Below are positions 62,231-64,000 of a DNA stretch of 64,000 bases, piece after piece. The notes below the pieces were generated by a model that was not told the DNA's origin, ran no database searches, and worked only from the letters and a program-made list of their open reading frames with translations. Location of the stretch: assembly GCA_039096225.1 (NCBI GenBank), contig JBBPEB010000021.1, positions 868,001 to 932,000 on the forward strand, given 5' to 3'. Every line of letters begins with the position of its first letter. The stretch's first letter is position 1. Origin of the DNA: Blastocystis sp. Blastoise (Eukaryota; Protista; Bigyra: Opalinata). The position numbers were made by a program, and so were the translations under genes.

Positions 62231-62951
62231 CTGAGATATTATTATTATCTGAGATATTATTATTATTATTATTATTATCTGAGATATTATTATTATTATT
62301 ATTAGATTTAGGAGGGAGAGGTGAAGAAGGAGTGAATGTTATTTGTGATGCTTCATTAATAGAATATAATGGATCATTCGACAGTGCACCTGGTTTACTT
62401 AAATAGGATATGATTCGTTCAACTCCATCTAAAGTACCACATACAAAAGATAAGGGAGAAACGAAAGAAGGACGAACTAAGCATGCATCTCTATACAAAT
62501 AGATATATTATATATAATAAACAATAGTATATATAAAAAAAAACTATATTTATAAAAAAACCCTATAAAAACAAGATATATACAATTTACTAACGGATAG
62601 AATAAGATTAAGAGCTTTTTCAAATTCCATTCTATCGAAATCTTCACTGAGGATTTGAAATCGATAATCTTGAGAGTAAGTTGTAATTAATTGTTGACTA
62701 TATTTTGGCCATTCATCAATTAAAGATGTACAAGAAGGACTAAAATATACTTTAATACGGTTATCATTACATTCCATGGAAAGTATTTCAAAACCATAAG
62801 TAGCAAAGAAATCTTTTACAGATATTGACTTACAATAATATAAATAGTTAGCAATGCCTGTAATACTATCTTCTATAGTGAAAGAAATGGGTTTCGTGTT
62901 TCCTTCATATTGTTCTACAGGGATTGTGTCCTGATGTTCACTAAATTGCAT
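58988..62951 (-). CDS. Hypothetical protein with long Asn/Ser/Pro-rich disordered centre (multi-exon)
   Basis: Exons in ORFs 62550-63008, 60222-62498 and 59178-59840 joined by GT-AG introns; last exon ends QIST-TAA. Confidence 0.7.
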
Positions 62952-63832
62952 TTTTCTAGACCGATATTCTTCTTGCAAAAACCTCTTTTCTCTATATAGT
63001 TGACACAATTATATTAAAGAAAAGATACGGAGAAACACTTGTCATATATAAAAAATAACTTTTAAAAAGGAAAAAACCTTGAATACAACCATTTTTTCTT
63101 TTTCTATATTTATCAATTCCATTTAATCATAATATCTAGAAATTATGCATTTAAGCTCATTTAAATATGTTTCTCTAGTAGTTAAACTGAGTTTAAAATC
63201 AAAAGACGTATGTCAATCGTTGTTCACTCCAATCTATCTTTTATATTTGTTTTATAAATATTCTAAAGAGAGTCTATAGTATATTTATATATGGATAGAA
63301 ATATGAAAATGAAGATATCTGTGATAATGATCAATCTTTTTTCTTTTTGATGTTTCCGTTTATAGTTAATAAATATGAGAATGTAATTATTGTTGCTAGG
63401 ATATCTGATCATTAAAATGTATAATACAGATAGATTTATGTTTTTATTGTTTTTAATAATAAAAGATGTCCTGACGAAATCATATTCTTGAATATACATA
63501 GTCTATAAATCTAATAAATATATAGAAAAACAATTGTTTATAAAATATATACGAATAGGAATGAGAATATTTGTTATGTATGAAAAATTTATACGTACAA
63601 ACAAAACTCTACAGTTTTAAAACAATTAGTGAAACAATAAAACAAAAACAAACACAACTGACAATATATATATATATATAACATTCAAAATGGAAACACT
63701 GAATAATCATTATTATAAATATATGATATGCTTTATAGAAAGAATCAAGAATAAATTACTTTTATAATAAATTATTATGAAGATATTGAAAAAATGAAGA
63801 AACTATTATTATTAATATTATATATTATATTA

Positions 63833-64000
63833 TTATTTATTATCATTATTATTTTCTACATAAATTTCTGGAATTTCAGAAGATGTATTTACAATAGTTG
63901 AAGACTCATTATTCTTCATAATATTGTTATTATTATTTATATAATTATCATTTGTTTCTTTCATCTTCGTTTCTTCTTTTTCTTTTCCTTCTTCTAGTAT
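63833..64000 (-). CDS. 3' end of an unidentified gene (partial)
   Basis: Open frame KEKEETKMKETNDNY...SSEIPEIYVENNNDNK-TAA running off the window edge. Confidence 0.45.
   Translation of the reverse strand: MLEEGKEKEETKMKETNDNYINNNNNIMKNNESSTIVNTSSEIPEIYVENNNDNK

Overview
Very AT-rich, intron-dense eukaryotic (protist) nuclear DNA. Gene content and short (TA)n-rich introns resemble Blastocystis-type stramenopiles, but this assignment is an inference. The flanks carry host genes: a DIX-domain protein, YjbQ/UPF0047, a PX plus START-like protein, Oxa1/YidC, an mL53-like mitoribosomal protein, an ATP-dependent DNA ligase, a large secreted Ig/lectin-like protein, tRNA-Leu(TAA) and a PWWP-dCMP deaminase fusion. 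The centre (25550-56761, 31.2 kb) is a giant cargo-carrying hAT DNA transposon, defined by 13-bp TIRs (CAGCCCCTTCCCT), a perfect 8-bp TSD (ATGAAAAA) and an uninterrupted spliced ~1027-codon transposase frame. A second element of 18 kb is nested inside it (28730-46745, TGT...ACA ends with ~30-bp-periodic repeats) and appears to split the transposase gene. The inner element and the outer element each carry a diverged copy of the same cassette. It holds two non-canonical tRNA-like RNAs (no U8/R9 connector, covarying stems), spliced-looking genes full of in-frame stops, and kilobase strand-asymmetric triplet-periodic tracts. The function of this cassette is unknown, and it is the main candidate novel system. 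Most ORFs in the supplied track are microsatellite or low-complexity artefacts.
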